This document shows positions 9,260 to 19,772 of a stretch of DNA of 64,000 nt, piece after piece (within the stretch, counting starts at the first letter, position 1; the number at the start of each line of letters is the position of its first letter). A model generated the notes under the pieces. It did no database searches and was not told the origin of the DNA. It saw only the letters and a list, made by a program, of their open reading frames with translations. Source of the stretch: Myxococcota bacterium (GTDB taxonomy: Bacteria; Myxococcota_A; UBA9160; UBA6930). Position numbers and translations under genes: made by a program. The stretch covers positions 1,760,001 to 1,824,000 of the forward strand of contig OZ245015.1 of assembly GCA_965223705.1 (NCBI GenBank). The letters run 5' to 3'.

Positions 9260-10051
9260 CTACGCTTGGCGCAGCACGCCCTGGATGTCGACCCGCGTGC
9301 GCAGAATCTCGAGCTCTTCGTGGGAGGGAGGCTCCGTTTCAGGCACGTGCTCCGGGACGATCAGCCGAAAACCGGTTTGGGCCGCAACGTCCTCGGGGCG
9401 GACACCCGGATGGACCGAGCGGAGCCGCATGCGCTTCTCGTTTTCGCTGAAATCCATGACACACAACGGCGTGACGCAAAACTTCGGTCCCCCGCCGGGC
9501 AAACCGAGCTTCGTACGCGCGTCGGGGCCGCCGTCGCCGAAGCCCACGGTGCTCCGAAAGTCGCACCGTTCGACCAACACTCGCGGACTGTGGTTGTTGA
9601 GGACGATGTAGTAGCGGCCGACGTGGGTGCTGAGCGTCGGTGTGCCGACCGACCCCGGGCCGCGGAACTTGAGCTTGCGATGATTCTCGCCGATGCCGAT
9701 CAGATTCGTGTTGCCGTACGGGTCGACTTGAATGCCCCCGATAAAAAAGACCCGCTTGTGCCAAGAGCGCACGTCTTCGAAACGGTTGCCCCGATCGCTG
9801 TAGGACTCCGCCCAACGGACGACTCGACGATCCCAACCGAACGCCGGTATGGGCAAGCTCTCGAGATGCGCCACGTTCATACGGGCCCCGAGAAAGATCA
9901 GCTCCATGTTCGGCCCGTGCATGATGTGGGCGAGACGCACGGCGGCTTCGGGTACGGGGAGGGCAACGCCCACTTGTAGCTGTTCACCGTCGCGCAGCTC
10001 GCGCGCGAGAAAAACAGCCATGAGTTCGCGGACGGAGAAGAGAGGCGACAC
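9260..10051 (-). CDS. CoA-transferase-fold beta subunit (GctB/IpdB-like)
   Basis: GGIQVDPYGNTN, SVHPGV...TGF; adjacent to the alpha subunit gene. Confidence 0.85.
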   Translation of the reverse strand: MSPLFSVRELMAVFLARELRDGEQLQVGVALPVPEAAVRLAHIMHGPNMELIFLGARMNVAHLESLPIPAFGWDRRVVRWAESYSDRGNRFEDVRSWHKRVFFIGGIQVDPYGNTNLIGIGENHRKLKFRGPGSVGTPTLSTHVGRYYIVLNNHSPRVLVERCDFRSTVGFGDGGPDARTKLGLPGGGPKFCVTPLCVMDFSENEKRMRLRSVHPGVRPEDVAAQTGFRLIVPEHVPETEPPSHEELEILRTRVDIQGVLRQA

Positions 10052-10059
10052 AGGAGCTC

Positions 10060-10932
10060 CTAGTATTCGTGAAGCGACAGGAGGCGTTTGATCCCGATCT
10101 GTTCGAGATAGTCCGCGTGGGTTTCACGGTCGCGGCAGTAGCGACCGAGAAAGCTGCCGAGCGCGTCGCCGGGAGTCGTTGTCGCGGCTTCGAGGTAATC
10201 CCGCAGGAAAGGCTTGTCCTGGACGTAGTGGCCGCGGGAATAGAACGGATGGGCTCCGTAGGGCATGCGCACGACGGCGTCTGCGCCCGCAATCGTCGTT
10301 GCCCACGGATTCGCACGGACGTCTTCGTTCGAAACGATCTTCTCGACCTGAACGATCGTGCGTTCTGCTGCGCGGTGCAGAAACAGGTCGAGCCATCCCG
10401 GGCCGCCGAGATGTTGGACGTTACCGAACGCATCGGACGCCGCGGCGTGCAGAATCGTTATGTCGGGGTGGATCGGAGGTACGGCGAGGAGGGTCTCCCC
10501 CGAGATGGGATCGGACATCACCTTGAGATCGGGGTTCACTTCGGGAAGTGAAGTGCCGACGCCGCCGCGCCAAGGCAGGAAGGGAAGGCCCTGCGCCGCA
10601 GCTTGCAGACCGGCCGTCAGGATTCCCTCTTCGCACTCCCACACTTCGAGCCTTCCCTGCTCCGCAGCTCTCCGAAACGTCGGTGCGACCGGAACACCGA
10701 TGCCGCCGCCCGCGTAGTAACTCACCACTTTTCGCACGCAGTTGCCGGCGACGAGCCAGTCCAAGGACACGCCGCTCCCCACGACGGTGAGATCGCGCAC
10801 ACCGCGGCGGATGAGGTGCCGCACCATCGCCATCGGGGCCGGCTCACCAAACGCGACCGTCATGCCGTCGGTGATCCAGTCGGCAACTTCGAGCTCGTCG
10901 TAGATTCTTTCGGTGCGCTTTGCGTGCGACAT
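10060..10932 (-). CDS. CoA-transferase-fold alpha subunit (GctA/IpdA-like)
   Basis: DGMTVAFG, PMAMVR, EEGILTAGLQAAAQGLPFLP, DAFGN, PYGAHP. Confidence 0.88.
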   Translation of the reverse strand: MSHAKRTERIYDELEVADWITDGMTVAFGEPAPMAMVRHLIRRGVRDLTVVGSGVSLDWLVAGNCVRKVVSYYAGGGIGVPVAPTFRRAAEQGRLEVWECEEGILTAGLQAAAQGLPFLPWRGGVGTSLPEVNPDLKVMSDPISGETLLAVPPIHPDITILHAAASDAFGNVQHLGGPGWLDLFLHRAAERTIVQVEKIVSNEDVRANPWATTIAGADAVVRMPYGAHPFYSRGHYVQDKPFLRDYLEAATTTPGDALGSFLGRYCRDRETHADYLEQIGIKRLLSLHEY

Positions 10933-11049
10933 TGCACAAGCGTAACACCGGTCCCGCCGGTCGGAGTTGGCTACCTTTTTCGCGCGGTAGGCCCGATCGA
11001 GGCGGCCGTTTTGACAGCTGCCTCGGGCCCGTTACCTGGAGGAGGCACT

Positions 11050-11475
11050 GTGGATCGCGAGCGAGCTCTCAATCTTCTCGGGCAGGGCGAACCGGGAGTC
11101 GAGCGGTGGAATCGCTGGAGGTTGCGCCGCGAGGATCCACCCGATCTTCGGCACGCCAATCTCCACGGCGCGGATCTCCGCGGAGCGAACCTGTCGGAAA
11201 TGAAGCTCCAACAATCGGATCTCGGAGAGGCCGATCTGTCGGGTGCGAACCTCGAGCGAGCGGATCTCAACAACGCGAATCTCCGCCGCGCGAACCTCGA
11301 GCACGCGGCATTGCGCTCGGCCGACCTCCACGGGGCGAACTTTCACAGCGCGGATCTGCGCGGCGCCGACCTGCGTCACGCAATTGTCCGAAAGGCGTCG
11401 TTCACCGACGCTCGGGTGGACGACGACACGCGCACGGACGGTTTCAAGATCGGGGAATCAAACCGGCGTCGCTAG
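11050..11475 (+). CDS. Pentapeptide repeat protein
   Basis: GGAGG SD before GTG; GVERWNRWR head then tandem A(D/N)Lxx repeats. Confidence 0.88.
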   Translation: MDRERALNLLGQGEPGVERWNRWRLRREDPPDLRHANLHGADLRGANLSEMKLQQSDLGEADLSGANLERADLNNANLRRANLEHAALRSADLHGANFHSADLRGADLRHAIVRKASFTDARVDDDTRTDGFKIGESNRRR

Positions 11476-11480
11476 TCCCG

Positions 11481-12458
11481 TCACTCGCTCGATTGGAGCG
11501 CTTCAAACTCCTGTCGAACGGTCGCCAACACGTCGTCGCCGAGGCCCAGGGCGTCGCGCGCCGTCGCGAGGGTCTTCTCCGTGCAGCGATCGATCTCCGA
11601 ATGGCTGCTGACGCAGTCGCGCTCGAGCTCGGTCATCACGCGGACGCCCTCGTCCTCTTTGGGCACCACGCCCGCACCGCACTCGTGGGCGAGGTCGTCA
11701 GCAACTGCAAGCGTGGCGGCGAGGGGGTCGACCTCGCCACCCACCAGGACTTGGTGGTGTGCTCCGATGGCGGCACGCAGGCTTTCGGGTAGCTCCCAAC
11801 GCTCCGCCATCAACGCACCGGCGTGTTGATGCACCCGGTCGACGGCGGGCCAAATCGAGATCAGATCGGGAGGCGTTTTTCGCGCACCCTTGCGCTCGGA
11901 CAAGGCGAGCAACGTGCCGGCAATTCCGACGTCGTGAAGAAGGCCCGCGAGAAAAGCGAACTCCGCGTCGATCTTGGTGTGCTTGGAAACCATCTTTGAG
12001 AGCTGGGCGGTCGCAGAACTGTGTTTCCGCAGAAGCTCCATCGTGTCGGCGTAGTCGTCGGACCGGAACACTTTCAGATTCATCGCGATTTCCATCACGA
12101 TGTCGCGAAGCGTGTTCAGTCCCAACCGCATCAGCGCATCGCGTAGCGAGGCCAACGGACTGGCACCGGAATAGATCGGGGACTGCACGAGTTTCAGGAT
12201 TCGCCCCGCGATCATGCTGTCCTGCTCGAGGAGCGCGACGACGTCGTCGATCTCGACATCGCTTTGCTGTGAGAGGCGCATCAAGTCGGTGGCGACGGTC
12301 GGCAGGGTCGGCGGCTGGTAGTCCGGCGCGTTGATGCACGACATCAACGTCTTGACCATATCCTCCTGATCGAGCAGCACATCATCGCCTTCGGCGATAG
12401 CTGCGCGCCCTTGTCCGTAACCCTCTTCGTCCTTGCTCTTTCCCTTGCGTCGCAGCAT
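11481..12458 (-). CDS. HDOD domain protein
   Basis: PPTLP, ILKLVQSPIY, ALMRLG, AGLLHDVG, AIGAHH. Confidence 0.9.
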   Translation of the reverse strand: MLRRKGKSKDEEGYGQGRAAIAEGDDVLLDQEDMVKTLMSCINAPDYQPPTLPTVATDLMRLSQQSDVEIDDVVALLEQDSMIAGRILKLVQSPIYSGASPLASLRDALMRLGLNTLRDIVMEIAMNLKVFRSDDYADTMELLRKHSSATAQLSKMVSKHTKIDAEFAFLAGLLHDVGIAGTLLALSERKGARKTPPDLISIWPAVDRVHQHAGALMAERWELPESLRAAIGAHHQVLVGGEVDPLAATLAVADDLAHECGAGVVPKEDEGVRVMTELERDCVSSHSEIDRCTEKTLATARDALGLGDDVLATVRQEFEALQSSE

Positions 12459-12479
12459 AGACTCAGGCCTCCCGACCCT

Positions 12480-12506
12480 TCATCGGCATGCACGCCGAGT
12501 GCCTGG
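12480..12506 (-). promoter_or_regulatory. Sigma28/FliA-like promoter of the HDOD gene
   Basis: CCAG-N15-GCCGATGA on the minus strand about 20 nt upstream of the start codon. Confidence 0.45.
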
Positions 12507-12538
12507 TCAGGGATTCACTCGAGCTATTGGTCGAGGTT

Positions 12539-13948
<1,410 letters not shown>

Positions 13949-13974
13949 GGTGACAGCGCTGCTAGACTGAGTGA

Positions 13975-14724
13975 TTGGAGAACTCTGTGCAAGCTTCCGA
14001 CGCGCGTGAATTGCTTTTCGTCACCGGTGGATCGAGCGGGATCGGCCGCGCGTTGATCGAGGGCTGTCCCCATGCCGAGACGCGGGTGGTGAACCTGAGT
14101 CGGCGCGCCGTCGACGGTGTCGTGAATATTGCCGTCGATCTGTGCGAGCCAGCCGGCTGGGACGCCGCGGCCCGGGCATTCGAGTCTGAGCTCTCGAACT
14201 TCGGGGGTCGTCGGGCGATTCTGGTGCATTCCGCTGGGACGCTGACGCCGATCGGGTTCGCCGGAGAAAAAGGCGCCGCCTCGTACCGTCGCAACATCTT
14301 GTTGAACTCGGCTGCGCCGCAAATCGTGGGCGACGCTTTTTTGCGCGCGCTCGGTTCTCACTCTTGCGAAGCGCTCCTGGTCTTTATCGGCTCCGGCGCC
14401 TCGCAATCGGCCTACGCGGGCTGGTCGGGGTATTGCGGCGGCAAAGCCGCTGTCGATCAGTGGACGCGCACCGTGGGGCTCGAGCGAACGTTGCGCACGA
14501 CATCGCGAAAAGTTCTGTGTGTCGCACCGGGAATCGTTCAAACAGCGATGCAGGCGGAGATTCGCGACACGAGCGCGAACGACTTCCCGGAAGTCAAGAT
14601 GTTCATCGAGTTGCACGAGGGTGGTTCCCTTCGCACGAGCGAAGAGGTCGCGCGCGATCTGTGGCAGCTCATCGATGATCCCGCGACGGAGAACGGGTCC
14701 GTTCTCGATCTCCGAACGCGCTAG
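13975..14724 (+). CDS. Short-chain dehydrogenase (benzil/sepiapterin reductase-like)
   Basis: TGGSSGIG, YCGGK, APGIVQTAMQ; start could be the GTG at 13987. Confidence 0.88.
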   Translation: MENSVQASDARELLFVTGGSSGIGRALIEGCPHAETRVVNLSRRAVDGVVNIAVDLCEPAGWDAAARAFESELSNFGGRRAILVHSAGTLTPIGFAGEKGAASYRRNILLNSAAPQIVGDAFLRALGSHSCEALLVFIGSGASQSAYAGWSGYCGGKAAVDQWTRTVGLERTLRTTSRKVLCVAPGIVQTAMQAEIRDTSANDFPEVKMFIELHEGGSLRTSEEVARDLWQLIDDPATENGSVLDLRTR

Positions 14725-15176
14725 CGAACCTCGAGTAGCTCCACCGCGAATTGAAGGGTCGCGTCGGGCGGAATCGTCGGAGGGGCGCCCGCCTCGCCGT
14801 AAGCGATGGCGGCGGGACAGGTCAGGTGGGCTTTGGCTCCGACCTTCATGTGCTGGAGGGCTTCCGTCCAACACGCGATGACGCCGTTCACGGGGAACAC
14901 GGCGGGAATGCCTCGGTCGATGCTGCTGTCGAAAACGCGTCCGTCGGGGAACGTCCCGTGGTAGTGCACGACGACCGTGTCGGCTTCACCCGGAGATGCG
15001 CCGCTCCCCCGTTCGACGCGCTGGATGATCAGGCCCGATGGAAACTCTTCCGCTTCCGCCGCTGCCTCCGGGGAACCCTGGGGGCTCTCTCCGGGCTTCT
15101 CAGCGCGCTCGCAGGCGCTGAGGAGCAGAATCATCGCAGCCGGCACGACGACGAAAACCAACCAGTTGCGTCGCAT
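14721..15176 (-). CDS. FKBP-type peptidyl-prolyl isomerase, lipoprotein
   Basis: LLSAC lipobox; VHYHGTFPDGRVFDSS, VIACWTE, IPPDATLQF. Confidence 0.92.
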   Translation of the reverse strand: MRRNWLVFVVVPAAMILLLSACERAEKPGESPQGSPEAAAEAEEFPSGLIIQRVERGSGASPGEADTVVVHYHGTFPDGRVFDSSIDRGIPAVFPVNGVIACWTEALQHMKVGAKAHLTCPAAIAYGEAGAPPTIPPDATLQFAVELLEVR

Positions 15177-15296
15177 GTGAACCTCCCTAAGCGAAAGCGG
15201 CGCCAAGCCTAGGCGATTCTTCAGCTCGCGCAGGTTTCTTGGTCGACGCGACCTCGGCTCGGGTACCGTTGTGGCTCAAGTGTGCTCGGAGGGCCC

Positions 15297-15704
15297 ATGT
15301 CACAGTCAATGATCGCTCTGGTCGGTTTCGGTCTTTGGACCATCATCTTGGTATTCCTGCTCGCGAACGTTCGACTCGCTGTCACTATGAAAAGTGGCAA
15401 GGAACTGAACACGTTCTCTCCCGACGGTAAGGACGTCGACGGCTTCGCTCAGCGACTGACGCGCGCACATCTCAATTGTCTGGAACTCCTTCCGGTGGCG
15501 GGAGCCGTCATGCTGTCCGCGGCGGTGACAGGCAACGGAGGCATCACCGATCCGTGGGCCATGATTCTCCTGTATGCGCGGATCGGGCAGTCCGTGATCC
15601 ATCTCATCGGGACGAGCGTTCCGCTGGTGCTCATCCGCGCGACCTTGTTCGTGGTCCAACTCGTGATTTTGGCGATCTGGTCGTACAAGCTCTTGACCCT
15701 GTGA
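15297..15704 (+). CDS. MAPEG family membrane protein
   Basis: RLTRAHLNCLE motif and several TM segments; GGAGG SD. Confidence 0.85.
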   Translation: MSQSMIALVGFGLWTIILVFLLANVRLAVTMKSGKELNTFSPDGKDVDGFAQRLTRAHLNCLELLPVAGAVMLSAAVTGNGGITDPWAMILLYARIGQSVIHLIGTSVPLVLIRATLFVVQLVILAIWSYKLLTL

Positions 15705-15753
15705 TGTCTTAGGCACCCGCGTCGGCGATTCTGCGGGTTTGTACGACCGTTCT

Positions 15754-15776
15754 AAAAGCCTGCCCGCGCAGGTTTT
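15754..15776 (+). terminator. Probable intrinsic terminator after the MAPEG gene
   Basis: aaaaGCCTGC-ccgc-GCAGGTttt hairpin with A and T tails. Confidence 0.45.
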
Positions 15777-15814
15777 CGGGTCGAAAAAAACTCAACAGAA
15801 TCGTTGATTTACGG

Positions 15815-15830
15815 TGTGCGATCGGTCACA
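15815..15830. promoter_or_regulatory. CRP/FNR-family-like box
   Basis: TGTGC-N6-TCACA, one mismatch to TGTGA-N6-TCACA, 60 nt upstream of ORF 15891. Confidence 0.5.
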
Positions 15831-15890
15831 GAACGGGTGCGGTTCAGATGGAAACCTTCGCGTGAGAACGGACTCATGCGAGGAGCTCAC

Positions 15891-16139
15891 ATGATCATTC
15901 GCTGCCCGCGATGCGGGGCAACGGCAGCGGCCGAATTCGATGAGAGCCTGGAAGAGGGCGCTCTTCTTCCGCGCGCCGCGCGCGTTGTCACTGGAAAGAC
16001 CGTGTCGATGAACTGCATCGATCGCGGATCGGCCGTTTGCAAATCGCTCACGCTCGAGGCGAAAGCGCTCGCACCCAACGCGAAGACGGAGCCGGAGCGC
16101 GAGCTGGCGTTGGTACCGGGAATGGTTCCCGCCGTTTAG
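15891..16139 (+). CDS. Small hypothetical protein with Zn-ribbon-like CPRC
   Basis: AGGAG SD; MIIRCPRCG start plus two further Cys; 82 aa. Confidence 0.6.
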   Translation: MIIRCPRCGATAAAEFDESLEEGALLPRAARVVTGKTVSMNCIDRGSAVCKSLTLEAKALAPNAKTEPERELALVPGMVPAV

Positions 16140-16197
16140 AGGGCGCAGCCAATACGATCGCGGCATACTGGTCTGCTCGACAGGAGGAGACCACGCC

Positions 16198-17217
16198 ATG
16201 ACGACGAACCGCCAGTGGCTGCTCAAGCAGCGTCCGGGCGACGAGACCATCGACAACTCTCTCTTTGAATGGAGAGAGGGGCCGGTCCCCGAGCCCGCGG
16301 ACGGTGAAGTTCTCGTACGCAACCTGTTTCTCTCTTTCGATCCGACGCAACGCGGTTGGATGACGATGGACACCTACATTCCCAAGATTCCATTGGGAGA
16401 GGTGATGGCCGCCGCGGGCGTCGGGCAAGTGGTAACGAGCCGCAACCCGAACTTCGCCGCCGGCGACATCGTGCAGGGCGCGTTCGGCTGGCAGGACTAT
16501 GCGACGGCTTCGGAGTCCTCGTTTCTAGGGTTGCGCAAGGTCCCTGACGGGGTGCCGCCGAACCTCGCGCTGAGCTTGTTCGGGATCACCGGCTTGACCG
16601 CGTATTTTGGCGTGCTCGATGTCGCGGCTCCGAGGGCCGGCGAGACCTTCGTCGTGTCCGGCGCCGCTGGTGCCACGGGTTCCGTGGCCGGCATGATCGC
16701 GAAAGAGCGCGGCTGCCGCGTGATCGGTGTCGCCGGCGGCGAAGCCAAGTGCCAATGGCTGACGAAGGAAGCGCGTTTCGATGCCGCGATCGACTACAAA
16801 TCCGAAGACATCGGCGAGCGGCTGAGCGAACTCTGTAGCTCAGGCATCGACTGCTATTTCGACAACGTGGGCGGCGAGATCCTGGACGCGGTGCTGATGC
16901 GCATCAATCACGGCGCACGCATCGCTTTGTGTGGCGCGATCTCGCGCTACGGCAAGCTGGACGAGCCACAGCCCGGTCCGTCGAACTACATGCAACTCAT
17001 CATCAAGAGTTCGGCGATGCGCGGTTTCCTCGTGCTCGACTACGCCGATCGGTTTGGCGAGGCCATCGCAGACCTCGCCCGGTGGCACGCCGAAGGTGTC
17101 GTCATCCAAGAGGAGGACATCGCAGAAGGGCTTGAGAACGCGCCCGCGACCCTCGAGCGCCTGTTCAGCGGTGCGAATCTCGGCAAGCAGCTGCTCAAGA
17201 TCGCAGACCCGTCTTAG
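16198..17217 (+). CDS. NADP-dependent oxidoreductase (PTGR1/CurA-like MDR)
   Basis: LSFDPTQRGW, GLTAYFG, VSGAAGATGS, YFDNVGG, GANLGK. Confidence 0.92.
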   Translation: MTTNRQWLLKQRPGDETIDNSLFEWREGPVPEPADGEVLVRNLFLSFDPTQRGWMTMDTYIPKIPLGEVMAAAGVGQVVTSRNPNFAAGDIVQGAFGWQDYATASESSFLGLRKVPDGVPPNLALSLFGITGLTAYFGVLDVAAPRAGETFVVSGAAGATGSVAGMIAKERGCRVIGVAGGEAKCQWLTKEARFDAAIDYKSEDIGERLSELCSSGIDCYFDNVGGEILDAVLMRINHGARIALCGAISRYGKLDEPQPGPSNYMQLIIKSSAMRGFLVLDYADRFGEAIADLARWHAEGVVIQEEDIAEGLENAPATLERLFSGANLGKQLLKIADPS

Positions 17218-17744
17218 CTCGCTTCTCCGCGGTACTTGAGTGTCGATCGCGCGACACCGAAGGATTCGGTCAGCGCGCTCCCTTGTTCGCGCATCAGCTC
17301 GGCGATGAGCGCCTGGTGATGCACGGTATGGCTCGCCACAAAGCGGAGCTCCCGAGCGAGCGACGACGCTGCCGCCGATGTCTCGGGACCCGGCTCGTCG
17401 CAGCGAACGCGCAGGGGCCGGTCGCCACCTTCCGCGGTCTGTTTGCGCAGTCGCTCGATGAGCTCTCCCATGGTGAGGAGGGCGACGCCGCGATCTCGTT
17501 CGATCTCGGGCTGACGCTCCCGCCCGTCGTAGTCCACGGCACCCTGCTCGGCGCCGCGCAGGAGGGACGCGTACGCGTCGAGGATGTGACGCACGTGAGT
17601 TCCCACACCGGCCCTCGAAGCGCCTCGAGGTCGTCCGGCGAATACTGCGTCGTCGATATCGGAAACGAACCGCTGGAGCATTTCCAGAAGCTCGGCGCAA
17701 TATTCGCTCCAGCGGGCGACGTCGTCCGCGTTCGAATGGGTCAT
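17214..17744 (-). CDS. DinB/YfiT-family protein
   Basis: GTHVRHILD, VDYDGRER, RELRFVASHTVHH, FGVARST; AAGGAG SD. Confidence 0.85.
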   Translation of the reverse strand: MTHSNADDVARWSEYCAELLEMLQRFVSDIDDAVFAGRPRGASRAGVGTHVRHILDAYASLLRGAEQGAVDYDGRERQPEIERDRGVALLTMGELIERLRKQTAEGGDRPLRVRCDEPGPETSAAASSLARELRFVASHTVHHQALIAELMREQGSALTESFGVARSTLKYRGEAS

Positions 17745-17773
17745 GGGTCTCCTTCGCTGGGTCCGTCGCGCCC

Positions 17774-18424
17774 TCAGCCCGACAACAGGGCGTCCTCTTC
17801 GGCAAAGGCGCTTTTGAAAGCCGGACGCGACCAAGCGCGCTCGACGAACGACGCGAGATCCGGGTAGCGCCCGGCGTCGACCGATTCGCCTGCGATCTTC
17901 AACGTGCGCAACATCGCTCCCACGGCGAGGTCGGCCACGCTGTATCGGTCCGCCACGAAATACTCGCGACCGCGGATCGCTTCGTCAAAAAACGCCAACT
18001 GCGGCGGAATGCGCTCTGTGAGCGCTTCGTCGATCACGGCTTGATCCGGTTCTTGCTGCAGCAAGTTCGGAGCGACAAAGCGTTGGAAGAAGACGGGCCC
18101 GATCGATTCGATGAGACCCGTGTCGGCGAGCTCTTCGATCCATAACGCGCGCCCGTAGTCCGCGGGCGACGCGGGGTACAGAGGGGGCTCCGGACGGGCC
18201 TTCTCGAGGTAGGCCAGGATCACGGACGAGTCCGAGAACTTCGCTTCGCCGTCCTCAAAGGCTGGGATCTTTCCGAGCGGACTCATCGCCCGAAACTTCG
18301 GATCTTCGTTGTGCGGAGGGAAGGGAAAGACCGGTACGACGTCGTGCGCGACGTTTTTCTCGAACAAGCCGACGCGGGCTTTTCGAACGAACGGGGACAG
18401 AATGGCGCCGTGAAGGGTGGGCAT
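17774..18424 (-). CDS. Glutathione S-transferase family protein
   Basis: SPFVRK, SPLGKIP, DSSVILAYLE, SVADL. Confidence 0.9.
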   Translation of the reverse strand: MPTLHGAILSPFVRKARVGLFEKNVAHDVVPVFPFPPHNEDPKFRAMSPLGKIPAFEDGEAKFSDSSVILAYLEKARPEPPLYPASPADYGRALWIEELADTGLIESIGPVFFQRFVAPNLLQQEPDQAVIDEALTERIPPQLAFFDEAIRGREYFVADRYSVADLAVGAMLRTLKIAGESVDAGRYPDLASFVERAWSRPAFKSAFAEEDALLSG

Positions 18425-18544
18425 GGAAGTCTCCATAGGCTGAGAAGGAACACGCGAAACGGGCACAGGTTCGATCAATTCTCGCGGCCCGTCGAGCGCG
18501 TTCGGTCCATCCACTCTACGCGGCGAAGGACCCGCCGGTTACGG

Positions 18545-18650
18545 GCCGTTCGCGGGCGCGGCGACTAGGCGGCCGGAGCGGGCCGTCCGCGAGCGAGGCG
18601 ACTAGGCGGCCCGAGGCGGACCGTCCGCGAGCGCGGCGACTAGGCGGCCG
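18545..18650. repeat. Tandem direct repeat, about 37-38 bp x3, duplicating the SPFH stop region
   Basis: Core ccgt(c/t)cgcg(a/g)gcg(c/a)ggcgactaggcggcc starts at 18546, 18583 and 18621. Confidence 0.9.
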
Positions 18651-19743
18651 GGGGCGGGGGCGCGAAGAGGCCGCCCAGCTCCGGGATCTCGCCGGCGGTG
18701 AGCCAATCGCTCATGCCGGCGCTCCACACAAAGCTGTCGGCGCCCAAACGACCGGCCGCGACGAGGCCGGGCAAGTCCGTGGCTCGGTACGGACCCGTAC
18801 TCTGCCCGTTCTCGACCACGTGCCACAAAACAGGCGCGGGCGGGGGCGTTTGCGGCGCCGGGGCAGGCCCGGCCGGGGGCGCGGCGCCTCCGCCGCCGAG
18901 CATGCCCCCCGCAAAAGCGGCGCCCATCCCGAGTCCGACACCGGCGCCGGCGAGTCCGCCCGCGGGGTTTTCCGCCGCGACCGGGATCGCCCGGCCCATC
19001 TGAAACTGCTGGTAGGACTGGAAGTCTCCCATGACGCCCATACCGGTCTTCGTGTCGAGGACTTTTTCGACTTCCTCCGGAAGCGAGACGTTCACGATCA
19101 AGAGAATCGGGATGTCGAGGCCGTACTCGTCGTCGATTTCCCGGGCGACTTGCTGGCGCAGCGATTCCGAAAGCTCTCGAAAGTTCGAAGCGAGGTCGAG
19201 CACCGCGATCTCCGAGCTCGCGACGAGTTCCGCAAACTTGTTGGCGACGATCGCGCGCAGCAGTTCACTCACTTCGTCTACCTCGAACGAGGAGTCGGTG
19301 CCGACGAGTTGGGTGAGCAGCGCTCGCGGATCGACGGCGCGCAGCGCATAGGTGCCAAAAGCGCGGATCCGCACCGGTCCGAAATCTTCATCCCGCATCA
19401 TCACCGGATGCGGCGTGCCCCACTTGAGGTCTGTGATCTGACGCGTGCTGACGAAGTAGACCTCCGCCTTGAACGGGCTGTCGAAGCCGTACTTCCATCC
19501 CGCGAGGGTCGAGAGGACGGGCAAGTTGCGGGTCGAGAGCCGGTGCTGGCCGGGCTCGAAGACGTCTGCGATGCGCCCCTGGTGCACGAAGATCGCCATT
19601 TGTCCCGGGCGTACGATCAACTGAGCGCCCATCTTGATCTGGTTGTGATAGCGCGGGAAGCGCCACACCAATGTGTGTCGCGAGTCATCGATCCATTCGA
19701 CGATATCGATGAGTTCGGCGCGTAGTTTATCGAGCATGCCCAT
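18640..19743 (-). CDS. SPFH-domain protein (YdjI-like) with C-terminal GYF_2 domain
   Basis: FKAEVYF, KWGTPHP, RAFGTY; C-terminal WHVVENGQSTGPY...VWSAGMSDW. Confidence 0.9.
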   Translation of the reverse strand: MGMLDKLRAELIDIVEWIDDSRHTLVWRFPRYHNQIKMGAQLIVRPGQMAIFVHQGRIADVFEPGQHRLSTRNLPVLSTLAGWKYGFDSPFKAEVYFVSTRQITDLKWGTPHPVMMRDEDFGPVRIRAFGTYALRAVDPRALLTQLVGTDSSFEVDEVSELLRAIVANKFAELVASSEIAVLDLASNFRELSESLRQQVAREIDDEYGLDIPILLIVNVSLPEEVEKVLDTKTGMGVMGDFQSYQQFQMGRAIPVAAENPAGGLAGAGVGLGMGAAFAGGMLGGGGAAPPAGPAPAPQTPPPAPVLWHVVENGQSTGPYRATDLPGLVAAGRLGADSFVWSAGMSDWLTAGEIPELGGLFAPPPPAA

Positions 19744-19772
19744 GATTCGTATCTCCGTCCGGGTGCGTTGAT

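Noticed and set aside
11011..11038. TTGACA-N16-TACCTG promoter for the pentapeptide gene
   Set aside because: Weak -10, and the implied start site falls inside the SD; not convincing.
18545..18650. Possible mini-CRISPR array
   Set aside because: Variable parts are only 8-9 nt and resemble each other, the repeat includes a gene's stop codon, and no cas genes are present.
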